Source: Octopus bimaculoides (lineage: Eukaryota). Taken from it: a DNA stretch of 64,000 nucleotides. Where the stretch lies: positions 104,998,106 through 105,062,105 of the forward strand of contig NC_068985.1 of assembly GCF_001194135.2 (NCBI RefSeq), read 5' to 3'. The notes below the pieces were generated by a model that saw only the letters and a list, made by a program, of their open reading frames with translations, had not been told where the DNA came from and searched no databases. Of this stretch, positions 1 to 12,902 are shown in pieces. A program made the position numbers and the translations under genes. Every line of letters starts with the position of its first letter. The first letter of the stretch is position 1.

Positions 1-19
1 GTTGTTTCTCAAGTTTATT

Positions 20-620
20 TATAATTTGTCATTCATATACAAAAACTGGTTCATCCAACAAAGTATGCTCAACTCATTTCTTTCTCGTCTCTGCATGTTT
101 TCAGCATTCAAAGCCTGTGTTTCATGGCCAATACAGCAGTGTACTTCACAAAAGCTCCATATAATCTGCTCTTGAATGTATGGAGGAAGACCATTGTTGC
201 CAGTAGAGACTACCACACTTTTCGCCACAGCTAATTTTGTTACCTAGGTAACTACTGCAAAGGAGCCATCTGAAAATTTAAGGCAATTTACTTTCGAGAG
301 CTCTTAGTGCTTAATGCCCTGGTGCCCCAGCTGCATATGAAATCTGCCCTTCTCTGTTAGCCTGCCTGCAGTCCCACTGCACCTCTTATGTGTCCAATGT
401 TTACACTGAGCATATCTTATAGAATTTCAACTGACTCCTTTTCTGCAGAAACAGCATGGCTATTTCCCCAATGCTATAAAAGTCCTGTCTTCCTTCTCTC
501 TAAAACTTTGTTTTAAGACCCTTCAGTTCCAAGTTTTGTTTTCATGTCTGGAATTTCTAGCTCGAGTTGTTTTATAAATTCTTCTTCTTATACCTTGAGA
601 TGCTCTGGCATCCTGCCACC
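20..620 (-). mobile_element. Decayed RTE-type LINE, RT C-terminal region
   Basis: Frameshifted translation includes HETQALNAENMQRRERNELSILCWM (cf. GSETWA...LERNEMxMLRWM) and an upstream Cys/His-rich stretch. Confidence 0.65.
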
Positions 621-939
621 AACCATCTCTTATCTTCTTTCCACCTACTCCCACCCATCCTTATATAGAGCAAGGTAACCCTGTATCTTTTCTATAGCAA
701 GACACCCATGCATGTGTCTGTCATACTTTAGTTTCTCAACACCTAGCATAGAACCATTGGCCCTCTTCCTCCTCTCAAATTATTTAGTCAAAGAGACATT
801 TTCCTTTTCCCCCTTTTTCCCTTCTTGTTCTTTTCTTGTTTTGCAAGTGACTTGGCAACCTCATTAGTGTTGGTAGTGTGAAAAAAGCACCCAGTGCACT
901 CTGTTGGTGTTAGGAAGTGCATCTAGCCATATACAGATT

Positions 940-1087
940 GGAGCCTGGTGTAACCATCTGGTTTCAGCAGTCCTCAGTCAAATCGTCCAATCCATGCTAG
1001 CATGGAAAGCGGACGTTAAACGACGATGATGATGANNNNNNNNNNTGCTAGCATGGAAAGCGGACGTTAAACGACGATGATGATGAT
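940..1087 (+). mobile_element. RTE-tail SINE/LINE 3' end with (GAT)n tail
   Basis: CAGTCCTCAGTCAAATCGTCCAA...GCATGGAAAGCGGACGTTAAACGATGATGAT; the same family recurs at 13963, 15418, 26825 and 55004. Confidence 0.8.
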
Positions 1088-1129
1088 GTGGAGAATAACA
1101 CCTTTTCTGTTTACCAAAGCTGACTACTT

Positions 1130-1883
1130 TCAATGTAATTTTTCATTTACACAATCAAGCTGTTGGCAATAGACATCTGCATTGATGGTCCTTCCATGTT
1201 CCAGTAGCTCGTAATGGACAATATCTTTCTTGTTCCACCAAACACAAAGGATTTTTGTGGATGGAGTTCTAGTTTTGATGTTGGCTCTCATCACGTGATA
1301 ACCACTATCTTTTGTTTTCTGTTGTGATGCAAAACCCATTTTCCACCATCTGTAACAATGTGCTGCAGAAATGACAGGTTATTATTGTAGGTTAGAAAAC
1401 TGCTGCAAACGATGGAATGTTTTCCCAATTTGCATGAGGGGATTCGTGGGTAGTTTTGCACCAGATCTCTGGTGCTTTGACCTGTATCTGATACAACAGT
1501 CTCATTCAAAAGGTTGTCTTCCAGAACAAGGCTTATTGAATATGTCACAATCACCATTTTTAAACCTTTTAAACCACAGCTGACATGTAGAAGCTTTCAC
1601 TGCATCCAGATACACTTCACAAATGTTTTCCATTGCTTCTGTAGCAGTACTTTTCTTTTGAAACTCATACAGCAAGCAATGATGACTATGTTATTTCATA
1701 AAGTTCTTATCCTTCATGGGGTTAATTTCCAAAATAACTATGAATGACACTCTGTTAAATAGAAGAGATGACTTACTATTTCTAGACAGTTCCCACCCAT
1801 TTGACCTAGGTTCTGATGTGATTGGTTGATTCATATTTCATAGTGGTGAAAAAGAATGCAATTACTTTCTGAACTCTCTAATA
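1130..1883 (-). mobile_element. Mariner transposon remnant (5' TIR plus broken transposase)
   Basis: Translations IVTDGGKWVLHHNRKQK and ILCVWWNKKDIVHYELLEHGRTINADVYCQQLD are typical of mariner transposase. A mariner-like 5' end TATTAGAGAGTTCAGAAAGTAATTGC lies at about 1883. Confidence 0.9.
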
Positions 1884-1924
1884 TACAAGTTTGATAAGTG
1901 CCAATGCACAAAACCCCTCAGCCT

Positions 1925-2735
1925 TTGAGTCACTTTGCAGCAGCCATCGATCTGGTCAGTAGCCCACAACAGGTGGTCTCATAGGAACCTCCAGTTGTCC
2001 TCCACATTGTGATGCTACATCCTCCACTTTTTCGTCAAATGCCTCTAAATCTCAATCAATTCAGAGGACCCTTCTTTTCCACACTGGTTGCCTTCTGGGC
2101 ACCCATTTAGTCCTGATCCTGAAGTCGCTAACTACTATGTTGTGGGGCGGAGTTTTCACCTAGGAATGTTTTGGCATTTATAAGTAGTTATCTTTCTCAT
2201 TTCCTTACAAGAATGTAGTCAATCTGTCTAGTATACCCACCAGACTGGTAGGTGAACAGGCAACGGACAGGTTTCCTGAAGTTAGCATTACAGATCATAA
2301 GATCATTTACATCACAGAACTCCAGGAGCCTGGTCCGTTCCACATTGTGGGAACCAAATCCATTGCCGCCATGCACGCTTCCTGGATGTTGTCCAACATG
2401 CCCATTGAAGTTGCCAGCCACAAAGAGAAGGCCCATCATTCGTCAACGAGTTAGTCTGCAAGAGGGTGTCATAAAAATCGGTCTTTCTGTTCATCAGGTA
2501 GCTCTGGCTGAGATAATGGTTGCTAATCCACATTGCAGCACTAGTTTAAGCTTTAGTGTTCTATCACAGACTATGACTACCTTGATTACCTTATCAACCC
2601 ATTTTTCAGCAAGGAGTATACCTATGTGGAACCTAGCGAACCTCCTCTCCATCTTACTTCTTGAATGCAGTACAAATCTACACGTATCTGTTCAAACATC
2701 TCAGCAATCTCACCAGACCTACCTTTGGATTTCTT
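1925..2735 (-). mobile_element. RTE LINE AP-endonuclease fragment
   Basis: Contains AGNFNGHVG, RLLEFC, NANFRKP and TRQIDYILVRK motifs; frameshifted. Confidence 0.88.
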
Positions 2736-3639
2736 AACTTTGCTATAAAATACTGCTGAATAGATAGCTAAATGAATAGCAATAATAATTATAATGAGTG
2801 CTATAGAGTGAAACAGAATTGAACATTTGCATTCTTAACTTTAACTATAACATACAGCCTGGAGTAAGCAAAACTTTGAGATAAAATAGATGAGAGAATT
2901 GAACATTGGATTTCTTAATTTTACTACAACATATGGCATGGAATAAACAATACTGTGAGGGTACATAGATAGCTTAATGAATAATAATTATAATATACTA
3001 GAATAGATAGCTAAATGAATAACAATTATAATATATTAGAAGTATATGAAAGATGGAGAAAGGATTGTTATTCAGAACATGGTGCAATCACTTGAAAATG
3101 AAGATGAGCAAATTACAGATATATGAAGTAACTTCAAAGTTGTATGTATACTATATTCACAATCAGGCCAGAATTTTAGGGGAAAATATTGACTATCTTG
3201 CTTCTTTGTTTCTAAATAGCATACTGCCTGTTTGGTATAAAACTTAAAGCCAGAAAAATCAAAGTTTGCTACAGCCATTGTATTGTCTTTTGGTTGGCAG
3301 ATTACCATTTCAGTCTATCTGACTGGAAATAGTCAATGTTTGTTCCTAGCTGAGTGACTTGTAATTGAAAGGTCAGTCAAATCATTATAATGTTCATTTT
3401 TCTATACTGACATAGTTGGATGAAACTTGTTGAGGCAGATTTCTACAGATGGATGCCCATCCTATTTCCAAGCAGGATATTTTCCCCCATGGTTTGAAAA
3501 GCTTCTATGGAAGATTGAAAAAAAAAAAGAATAACACTTGCAAATTGTTCATTTAAAATACCAAGTGAGGTCAAGACAAAGAAACAAGCATACTCATGTA
3601 TACACACACACACACGTGTGTGTGTATATATAAAAAAAT

Positions 3640-3789
3640 GGGCTTCCTTTTCCCCACCATCTACCAAATCTAACAAGGCTTTGATTAGCTTGAGACTATA
3701 GAAGATACCTGCCTAAGGTGCCACACACTGGGACTGAACCAGAAACCGTGTGGATGGGAAGCAAACTTCTTAATCACACAACCATACCT
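3640..3789 (-). mobile_element. tRNA-derived SINE, 5' part
   Basis: Reverse complement of the head of the family seen full-length at 63388. Confidence 0.7.
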
Positions 3790-4024
3790 AAGTCTGTTCC
3801 AGTGATTCATATGTTAGTATCTAAACCAGGAGAAAACAAAAACTCAACTACCAATACCCACACTGAAAAGTTGTTTCCTCCCACGAAAGAGAAATCTAAA
3901 AGCAATACATTCGTAACAGTTTCAGAGAAAATCATCAGTTTAATGTCCTAAAAATCGCTGGAGGAACCAAATTTAGTTCAAGGGCAGAGTATTCATTTAT
4001 ACAGGGGAGCGAAAAAAAAAAAAA

Positions 4025-4355
4025 GTCATGGCTGTGCGACAAGGTCAGTCTTGCTTCCCAACCACATGGTCTAGCTGGGATTTAGTCCAACTGCATGCCA
4101 CTTTGGGCAAGTTCTTCTATAGGCCTGGGGCAACCAAAGTCCTATGAGCAAATCTGGTCGATGGGAATTGAAAGCCCTTCGTGTGCCTATATTGCCCACA
4201 ACTGCTTGACAGTTGGTGTTGGTTTGTTTACCATAACTTTGTGGTTCAGCAAAAAGAGAACTGATAGAGTAAGCACCAAGCTTAAAAATGTTTGACGAAA
4301 ACCCCTTTGAGGCAGTGCCCCAGAATGGTTGCAGTCCAAAGACTGAAACCAGGAA
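4025..4355 (+). mobile_element. tRNA-derived SINE (diverged)
   Basis: Colinear similarity to the 63388-63780 copy, ending in GACTGAAAC. Confidence 0.7.
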
Positions 4356-7300
4356 AAAAAAACAAAACAAAAAAACATTATGAGTTTAATACAAAGATAA
4401 AACAAATCAATATTTTGGCATCACTCCCTCTCATGAATTCAATGTGAAGTTACTTCTGTGCCAAATATATTTTGTTTGCTTGTTTTGCATCCATTTCTGT
4501 TAGACTGAATTAAGATCAATAAATGTTAAAGCATTTTTTGTACTTTTTGTTATCGGCAGGATATCATCATCATCATCATTTAATGTCCATTGTCCATGCT
4601 GGCATGGGTTGGACGGATAGACCAGGGCTGGTAAGCTGCACTTGTCATTAATTGTTACTTAGTTTTCAAAAACTTATTCCACTTGCTTTCCAAAGAGTAG
4701 ACCTGCCAAATTTATTGACCAAGAAATGCCAATAAACATCATCCGCAGCTGAACAATTTTTCAGATAACCACAGAGTGGAAGCAGACTCGTATATCTCAT
4801 TATACAAAAGATTTTAGTTTTTATCAACTAAATTCACTCAAAGTATTTGCTGGTCTGAGGTCATAGCAGATGACACTTGTCTAAAATGCTGTGCAGGGAG
4901 ACTAAATTCAAAACCACATTGTTACAAAGTGAACTTAACCACACATACATAGATATACAGAGTTACCCATCCTCCAGTTAAAAGGATTTATTTATAACAT
5001 AGCAATTTTTCTTAAATTAAATTTTATAAATACAAAACATGCAGTAGATAGTGAATTAGACCAAGTTGAAAATATACTAACATATTAGATATAATTTTTC
5101 CATTCACATATTTTGACAAATTAGGTCAAATTATCACAATTACAATTTTTTTTAGAGAACACTTAGCATTAAATAGAGAAACCCAAATGGATTAGGTTAA
5201 CACACATTTTTATTATAATGTAAGGTAAACATGATTATAATATTCAGACCAAGATTTCATTTGGCTTTTCTTGACTGTACATCTCAGCTTTTTATCAACT
5301 GATATACATGTCCTCAAAAAAGCCAAGTGAACAAAACCTTGCTTAGTATAATATAATTCTGTTTACATTAAAAACACGTATATTACCTTTAACTGAATAG
5401 TGTATAAAGCACTTTTATTTAACTACAAAATTAACTATTATCACCATTATTATTTGCTGTTATCTAACAATGTACATGTCTGCTTTAAAAGCTATATCAG
5501 AATGTGTTCAAAGGGCAAAGTATCTTAAAATACTAAACTCGCTGTGCTATGCCTTTACAAATGAAGATGAACAAGACATGAAAAATAGGTACAGACAATC
5601 ACAATAGATTCTCCACATAACATTCTCAGTTACTACAGAGCAGAGATGTTGGTAGTGGCATTATCTTGTTATAATCTGAGAAACTATGAGCAACAGAACA
5701 AAAACGGTCTTTAATATCAGCAAATTGTGTATTCTAAAAACAAAAGAATTTTATGACAAAGCTGAAAAATACATTTGAGAAAGTGCTGAATGCATGACCA
5801 CTATGGTTGTTACAGTAAGCACAAAATTAATGGATGAATGCACACACACACACAAAAAGAAGTGCTCATTATACAGAGACAAAGAAGTCTTTGTAGATCT
5901 GTCAACATAACTTCCTCCTCATTGCATATCAATAATTTACAAGACGGTTAAAAAAATTCAAATTATAGTGAGCCCATTTCTGAATAGGTATTGAATTTGC
6001 CAGTGATTCATGTCCACTTAAACATCTGCAGCCAAAGTAGCCATTAGGACAATTAAGAGTCTAGTTGTCAAATACTGAGTTTTAATTAAAGCTAATAACA
6101 TCTTCAACATTATCTTAGCCCTTTACTACCGAAGTTGAGATAAAATCATTCTCAAAGTTTTTCAAACTTTCAAAGGGACTTGGCAAGTAACTAAAAGGTA
6201 ATACTAAATAATCTGCGAAGAGAGAGTTGCAGCCATTGACAACAAGGTTGAGACAGAAAGAAGTTAAAGTATCAACTAGATCTAAACCAGTGCTTCTCAA
6301 ACTATTTCATGTGGTATACTGGCAGTTTTTTTTTTCCCCAATGTGCCAGTGACTGGTAATATTTCTTAGTAATATTAATATGCTACATACAATAAGGACA
6401 ATGAAGAATTTCCTGAACTAGCAGCTGAAATTTTGTCCCATTAGGTTCATTTCATCTAATATAGTTATTTTTTTAAAAATGAATTACTACAGCAACTGTT
6501 GGATTTAAAAAAAAAAAAAAAAAAAGCTGTGTGGGCATTATGTTTCCAATAATTTGGCTGCAATGTTAAACATACCTCCCCATCTGACTTACATGTTACA
6601 TAGAACGCAATAGGAAAATAGGTTACACAATAAAAAAACTGAACATTCTCTGGAATGCAACACTCTTGTAATGTAGAGGAGGTGCCTTTAGTTGGATATC
6701 ATAATACTAGTTAATCACCAAAAACAGACAAGTGCTAACATGAGCAAAAATTTAAATACAATCAGTAGTTAGTATTAGAATCAAATAAAACTAACCATAT
6801 ACAAAAGATTTAAGTTTACCTAATAATGGCTATGAGTTTACTTACCATAACGATCACGTTCTTTAAAATTTAAACTAGTTCACTTCAACATTCAATATTT
6901 AGAATACAAACAATGACTCAAATTTTTTTTATCTGATCAGACAAAATGCCAACCTAAAAAAAATCTTGCCAGTATTTCAAGGAATGCAGAAACCTGTTTT
7001 CTATGTATTGTACCCTCTCATTTAACTCCTTATTTACAAACTGAAACAAATTGTAAATAAGAGCCATTATTCCTTCACAAAGACGCTTTTTACTCTCACA
7101 CAACAGTTACCTTACTGGTTTCGCAATAAGACAACCTCGAGGGATATGACAAAAATGCACACAGTGCACTGTAAAGTAGGTGGCAATAAGAAGAACATCC
7201 AGAGACAACCATTATGTCCAGCAGTGCTAACCTACAACTTTAAACCCTTTCCTACATAATGGAGAGCAGTCGCTGTGTTGGGTTGATGGGGTGGACGAGA

Positions 7301-8639
7301 GAGACAATCCCTCTAGTGTTGATCATAAAACATACCCAGATTACACCATATAATGATTGGTAATAGGAAGAGTACACAACTATAAAAACCAAGGGGAGAG
7401 GAAAGACAGAGTTGGGGAGAAAGTAAAATGAAGAGTTTCATAATTTATGAGTATTCTCCATGAAAGACAAAGTATATATATATACAAATAAATAAAAATT
7501 TAGTTACCTGTAAAAGCAATAATTCAAATTTGTTTTATTTAATTGAATGTTTTTTAGTGCAACATCAACTTTGTTGTTACACTAAAAATAGAAATTGTAT
7601 GGCAGTTGAGAAACAAGTGAAGCCCAATATAGAAGAATGAGAGTTTATTTTAATAGACTGTCCAATAACTGGCTACAAGAGCAGATGAAGTCAATGGGTG
7701 TTATCTGCCCCACATATACAAATTGGTTTTAAATCTTACTTTACATCTCAAATAAAAAAAGGACATTTTTTAAATTAATTTTTTAAAATGTTCAATATAT
7801 TAGCTATTTCAGCGTATTTGCTTTCATTGAAAAAAAAAAAAAAAAAAAAAANNNNNNNNNNNNNNNNNNNNNNNNNNNNNNNNNNNNNNNNNNNNNNNNN
7901 NNNNNNNNNNNNNNNNNNNNNNNNNNNNNNNNNNNNNNNNNNNNNNNNNNNNNNNNNNNNNNNNNNNNNNNNNNNNNNNNNNNNNNNNNNNNNNNNNNNN
8001 NNNNNNNNNNNNNNNNNNNNNNNNNNNNNNNNNNNNNNNNNNNNNNNNNNNNNNNNNNNNNNNNNNNNNNNNNNNNNNNNNNNNNNNNNNNNNNNNNNNN
8101 NNNNNNNNNNNNNNNNNNNNNNNNNNNNNNNNNNNNNNNNNNNNNNNNNNNNNNNNNNNNNNNNNNNNNNNNNNNNNNNNNNNNNNNNNNNNNNNNNNNN
8201 NNNNNNNNNNNNNNNNNNNNNNNNNNNNNNNNNNNNNNNNNNNNNNNNNNNNNNNNNNNNNNNNNNNNNNNNNNNNNNNNNNNNNNNNNNNNNNNNNNNN
8301 NNNNNNNNNNNNNNNNNNNNNNNNNNNNNNNNNNNNNNNNNNNNNNTTTAATGATCTATAGATAGAATGGTAAGTATTAAAAGTTAAGGATAGTAGAAAG
8401 GTAAGTGAATGAACAATGGTTTGAGAGAAAGTGATACAAGTCTCAGGAGTTGAATTGTAGTGCTTGTGGACGCCAACTGAAACAAAAGTCAAAGAGATTG
8501 TATAGGGGTTTGCCACAGGCAGCTACCTTAGAGAATGGTCTGGAAGTGATCAGCAAGAGAGGGGGAAAAAAAAACCAAAAAAAAAAAACAAAAGGAAAAA
8601 AAAAAAAACCAGGATTGGTTAGAAGTAATAGTAATTTGG

Positions 8640-8747
8640 TGTTGGCAGGAGGCGGTGGCTGCTGCTAAGGTACACGCTGACTGGATGCTGCTGGATGTCA
8701 AAGTTGAAGCTTTCAGTCAAGAGGCTTGCAGGTTGGGAAAAGGGGAG
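8640..8747 (-). other. PPP2R1A: Probable start of a downstream 3' exon of PP2A-A (3'UTR or alternative C-terminus); 3' extent unknown
   Basis: Strong acceptor CTTTCTTTTCCAG at 8749-8748 followed by GC-richer sequence. The upstream 35-nt exon has an unused GTAAGC donor that needs a partner. Confidence 0.55.
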
Positions 8748-8845
8748 CTGGAAAAGAAAGTATATCAATGTAAACAAAATTAAAGAATTCTAAATATGCA
8801 GGAATATAAATCTAAAAAAACAGGTATTCTAATATATTCTAAGTC

Positions 8846-9027
8846 TAAGGCAGTGAGCTGGCAGAATCATTACTGCGCCAGGTAAAATGCTTAGCATCAT
8901 GTCATCAGTCTATGTCTTTCATCTTTTCAGGATCAAAATAAAAAGCAGTTGAGTACTTGTCGATGTAATCGACTTATGCCCTCTGTCAAAACTGCTGGTC
9001 TTATGCCAAAATTTGAAACCAAGATAT
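8846..9027 (+). mobile_element. SINE of the TAAGGCGG-GAGCTGGCAGAATCG family
   Basis: Shared head and GATGTAATCGACT...GCCAAAATTTGAAAC tail with the copies at 48142, 49056, 53458 and 59865. Confidence 0.7.
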
Positions 9028-9955
9028 TCTCAGTCGAGAACGAAATGCTATGACTACTATATGCAAAATAAAACCTAATTGTCATAATGGACTATTGATG
9101 ATACATAATCAATTCAAAACATAACTAGTTTAGAAAATGGACAGAAAAAAAAGAAATAAAGAAAGTTCCATCCCTAAGCAATAAGATTCAGATGCAAAAA
9201 TGATAATAGATCTTCCCTATGTGAAAATACACAAATTTGTAAAATCATATGCATTCAGGTTAGAATAAAAAAAAGTATAAAATCTACATGCTAATTTCAG
9301 ATAAAGACAACTTGAAGGTTCATTTTATCCACTCACTAAAATAAAGCTTGGATTGAACAGTAAAGAAGAAATTACTAAATGAAATGACTGATACTAACAT
9401 CAATTTTCTTTTAAGCAGATTCTGAATAAATATTAAAATCGTTACCATTTGGAAATCCACTGCTATTTTATAAGCAACAGTCTACAGACGAATTGGCATA
9501 ATGAAATCTTAACTGGTTTATTATCACAACTGTATTATGTGGTCAGTAATCATGTATTTCCAATATATTAGTTATGTACTTGCTGTTAAGATATCTTTCA
9601 TTTTGAGCCAATCAACCTATCAAATCTTTAAGCTGTTATTTAAAAAAACTGCCAGTGTTTCTGCTTTTCAGCTATGTACAGAAAAAAACATTGAAATTTG
9701 GGTTTTTTTATTTACCCTATTTCATTTCATTGAATTTCCTGTAATAATCAACGAGTAAGTTTACATTTGCTGAATTTAATACCAGTTCAATTAGTTCAAT
9801 GTTTATAAGCTCACTAATAAGGTTGTGGTTTTTAAGAGTTAAAAACAAAAAACAAAGAAACCTCCCTTCTTTGATAGCATTTTTGTCAAATTGCATGAGT
9901 AATTTTTAACTAGAAATCAAAAGTGAAATGTGCTTACCTGAATGGTGAAAATTCT

Positions 9956-9972
9956 TTAAGAGAGCTTCAATG
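9956..9972 (-). CDS. PPP2R1A: PP2A-A terminal coding segment (ALKLS-stop), within a 35-nt exon at 9938-9972
   Basis: TTTATAG acceptor; (G)CA TTG AAG CTC TCT TAA in the required phase 1. The length aligns exactly with the human C-terminus VLSLA. The exon ends 18 nt after the stop at CAG|GTAAGC. Confidence 0.85.
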
Positions 9973-10345
9973 CTATAAAAATTGAAGAAACAAAAGAAAA
10001 TATGTACAAAACTGAAACTCCCAACACTCAATGTAACACCAGATTTAAATGTCTATTTAATGACAGAGAAATCACAATTATCTAGTCCTAAAATTTACAC
10101 AAGCAGGATATGATTACTGCTTCAGTAATCTATGTGCCTGTAACCATCCACACTTGTAGATCACCTGATTAAATACAGCAAGAAAAAAGAATTTCAAAAA
10201 TGTGTTTTAATTTAAGGCTTCAAAAACTGGGTAAATGTGTTGTCCAAATGGATCACATAGTTACTCACTTGTGAATTGAATATTCAATAGGTATGACTAA
10301 TTTCAGCAAATAAATTTAAATTTATTTTTCAATTCCAAGACTCAC

Positions 10346-10437
10346 CTTCTATTGCCTCCAATGCAAAGTACCGAACATCTCCATCATCATCAGATTTCAA
10401 TCTTTCAAGAACAGGCTTTAATTGGGACTGAATAGTA
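10346..10437 (-). CDS. PPP2R1A: PP2A-A coding exon (NTIQSQLKPVLERLKSDDDGDVRYFALEAIE)
   Basis: 92 nt, phase 2 to 1, GTGAGT donor; HEAT15 motif DVRYFA. Confidence 0.96.
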
Positions 10438-11158
10438 CTGAAAAAAATTATGCAGAAAATTAATAAAACCGCTAAATTATTTGAAATAGTAGGTGTAGCA
10501 AATTTCTCCAACTGAATCATGCCACCTGTCACTAGTAGAATCAGAACCATCATGAAATAAACACACAAACTATTAGAAATAACTGCAGGTACTTGGACCA
10601 GTAATCAATAGAAAAACTTATCTTCAGGTGCTCATCTGTTGGCGACAATAACATGGGTTAAAATGGACCCTTGTTCTGAGAATGAGAAATATGCAAGAGC
10701 ATGCACTCGAGTTTAATATGCAGTATTCTTATTGAACACTTTCAGATTACTTTTAATTTTAGAGGTAACAAATCATGTCTGTGGACACAATCCCAAAGCA
10801 AGGTCAAACTATATACGACGATCTATATATAAGTCCTGAGCATCATAAAGTAATACTTCTTAATTTCTTAGACTTGAAGTTAGTCATAAGGAATAGTTCA
10901 AACTCAATTTCTTATAGTTGAATTCCATTTGATTGTAAGTAGTCATTTCTTTCCACTCGTAAAATGCAGCTGAAATGATTACTTGGTTATATTAACATTC
11001 AAACCATCTCACCTCATACAATTCAAAAAGGTCTGACTGGTTGCCATTCCAATACAATACAAGAGAAAAAAAGACAATAGCTCACCTTCAATAAAATAGG
11101 ATATGAACAAATTTGGAAAAAAAAAAACAAAAAAAAACAAAAAAAAAAAACAACTTAC

Positions 11159-11301
11159 TTCTGGTCAAACATAGGGCCTAACTTTTGCATTGTCTTTGCA
11201 ACATTGAACCTAACATTTGCCACAGGGTCAGATGCCATACTCAAAATGGTTGGCAACATCAACTTCGTTGTGGCATCAGTACCACAAGCATCAGCCAGCA
11301 A
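11159..11301 (-). CDS. PPP2R1A: PP2A-A coding exon ([47 protein letters not shown])
   Basis: 143 nt, phase 0 to 2; conserved [12 protein letters not shown] motif. Confidence 0.97.
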
Positions 11302-12247
11302 CTAAGGGAAAAAAACAAAAATAAACAAAACAAATTATCATCAACAATTCTTTTCTATGCATTAAAGTATTCAGCTGCTAAAAGAGGTTTGAAAGACTAA
11401 CCATACAACATCCTACATAAAAAAAAAAAAAAATTAAAGGTTAATTAGTTTATGATTATTGGCAGTGAAAGGGAATTTCTTCCATATTTTGAATAAGCTG
11501 CTTTATGCAGAGGAGGGAATGTTAATTATATTAGAGCTATCAAGCTAATTTCAGCATAAGAACAGAATATAACTTGCACAGAAGTTCTAAATAAAATTAA
11601 ATTTAGATATATCATTCTACAATAGATCCTTAGATTCCTTAGAGACAAACATGGATGCCAAATAGTTATAGCAACTTCATGCTTCTTAGTAAGCCATTAA
11701 TAAGCACACAAGAATTCAATGTTGCCACTAACAAAAAACCTGAATTGTGATTAATGCTTTATATTCAAGTTATACTAAAGTGAGTGGAACAATGAAAAAT
11801 ATACTGCTGAAATTTTCAGCTAACAAAAACTATCTTGTTTAAACTGTTTGCATTCATATAGCCACTGAACCTATCAAGATCTAACCTGATGGTACTGATA
11901 TCATATTTACTTGAAAATGCAGACTGTCACCTTCTTCTGTGAGTCTTAATCTTAAATTAAGGTGCAAGGATTTCCAAGCACACTTTGTGTTCACTTTCTA
12001 AAATTCTATGTGCACATATATAAAATCATGTCCTTGTCATTTGTAAATCAAATAACTACACCTCATATAAGAATTATTTGCTCCTAGATTTGTCATTGCC
12101 TATGAGAATACGGTGCATGGAATCTTATGTAAGTTAGGAAGCACAGTTTGAGTTTTATCCATATACCTAAAAACATCAGATTACAAGATAGAACTTAACA
12201 CAAATATTGTTTAAATACAGTTTCTTCTCAGCAAGTTACAAACTTAC

Positions 12248-12402
12248 ATTGATACAAAAAAGACAAGTCATTCTGTGTAGATAGTTGGTATCACGTGACA
12301 TACAGAGCACTCTAGGAATCACAGTCTTTTGGGCCCATTCCACACCAAACTTTTCAACAAGTTTTTTCAGGTTCAAAGTAGCAGCTTCACGAATGGCATA
12401 CA
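12248..12402 (-). CDS. PPP2R1A: PP2A-A coding exon ([52 protein letters not shown])
   Basis: 155 nt, phase 1 to 0, GTAAGT donor. Confidence 0.97.
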
Positions 12403-12841
12403 CTAGAAAAATTTAAAAATATTACAATTAGAGGTAAGAAAGCTGTGAACTGAGAACACAATGCAATAGTGATGTGATCTGCTAGCCAGTATAAAGTTAC
12501 CCATCTTGGACCAGGATCATAAATAACCATATTTACAAAGATAAAGTGATTTGAGTAAAGCCAACAAATTTACAAAATCATCTGGATACTAAATTTATAA
12601 GCAATGCCAACTAAAACTTTATTTGGCTATAATGAAATAAAACATCTCAATTCTGTGAAGGAATTAAGGGAACGGGGGAAAATAATTACATCTTTTAATT
12701 ATCAATCAGTTGGCCTATCAGAGAACAAGCATTAAAACTAATTTATTGAGATGTATCAAAACCCAAATGGCTTTCTGCAGTCTAATTGCAGAACCCTTTG
12801 ATAATATATTATGTATAAATGATATCTTTTAAGCTACTTAC

Positions 12842-12902
12842 CATAGTCATTTAGCCAGTTCATATAAAGAGTGTTCAATCTTTCATCATAGAAATCTACA
12901 CC
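12842..12902 (-). CDS. PPP2R1A: PP2A-A coding exon (GVDFYDERLNTLYMNWLNDY)
   Basis: 61 nt, TTCCAG acceptor, GTAAGT donor, phase 0 to 1. Confidence 0.95.

Noticed and set aside
995-1087. Apparent tandem duplications around small gaps (1036-1045, also 62306-62322 and 63342-63351)
   Set aside because: Identical sequence on both sides of a 10-17 N gap is the signature of unmerged contig overlaps.
7830-7851. A-run as a poly(A) tail or retrocopy end
   Set aside because: It is on the wrong strand for the PP2A-A mRNA and is one of many genomic homopolymers at gap edges.
12062-12166. Possible 105-nt poison exon in PP2A-A (TTTTTAG acceptor)
   Set aside because: The donor is weak (GAG|GTGTAG), there is no homology, and such sites are common by chance in AT-rich introns.
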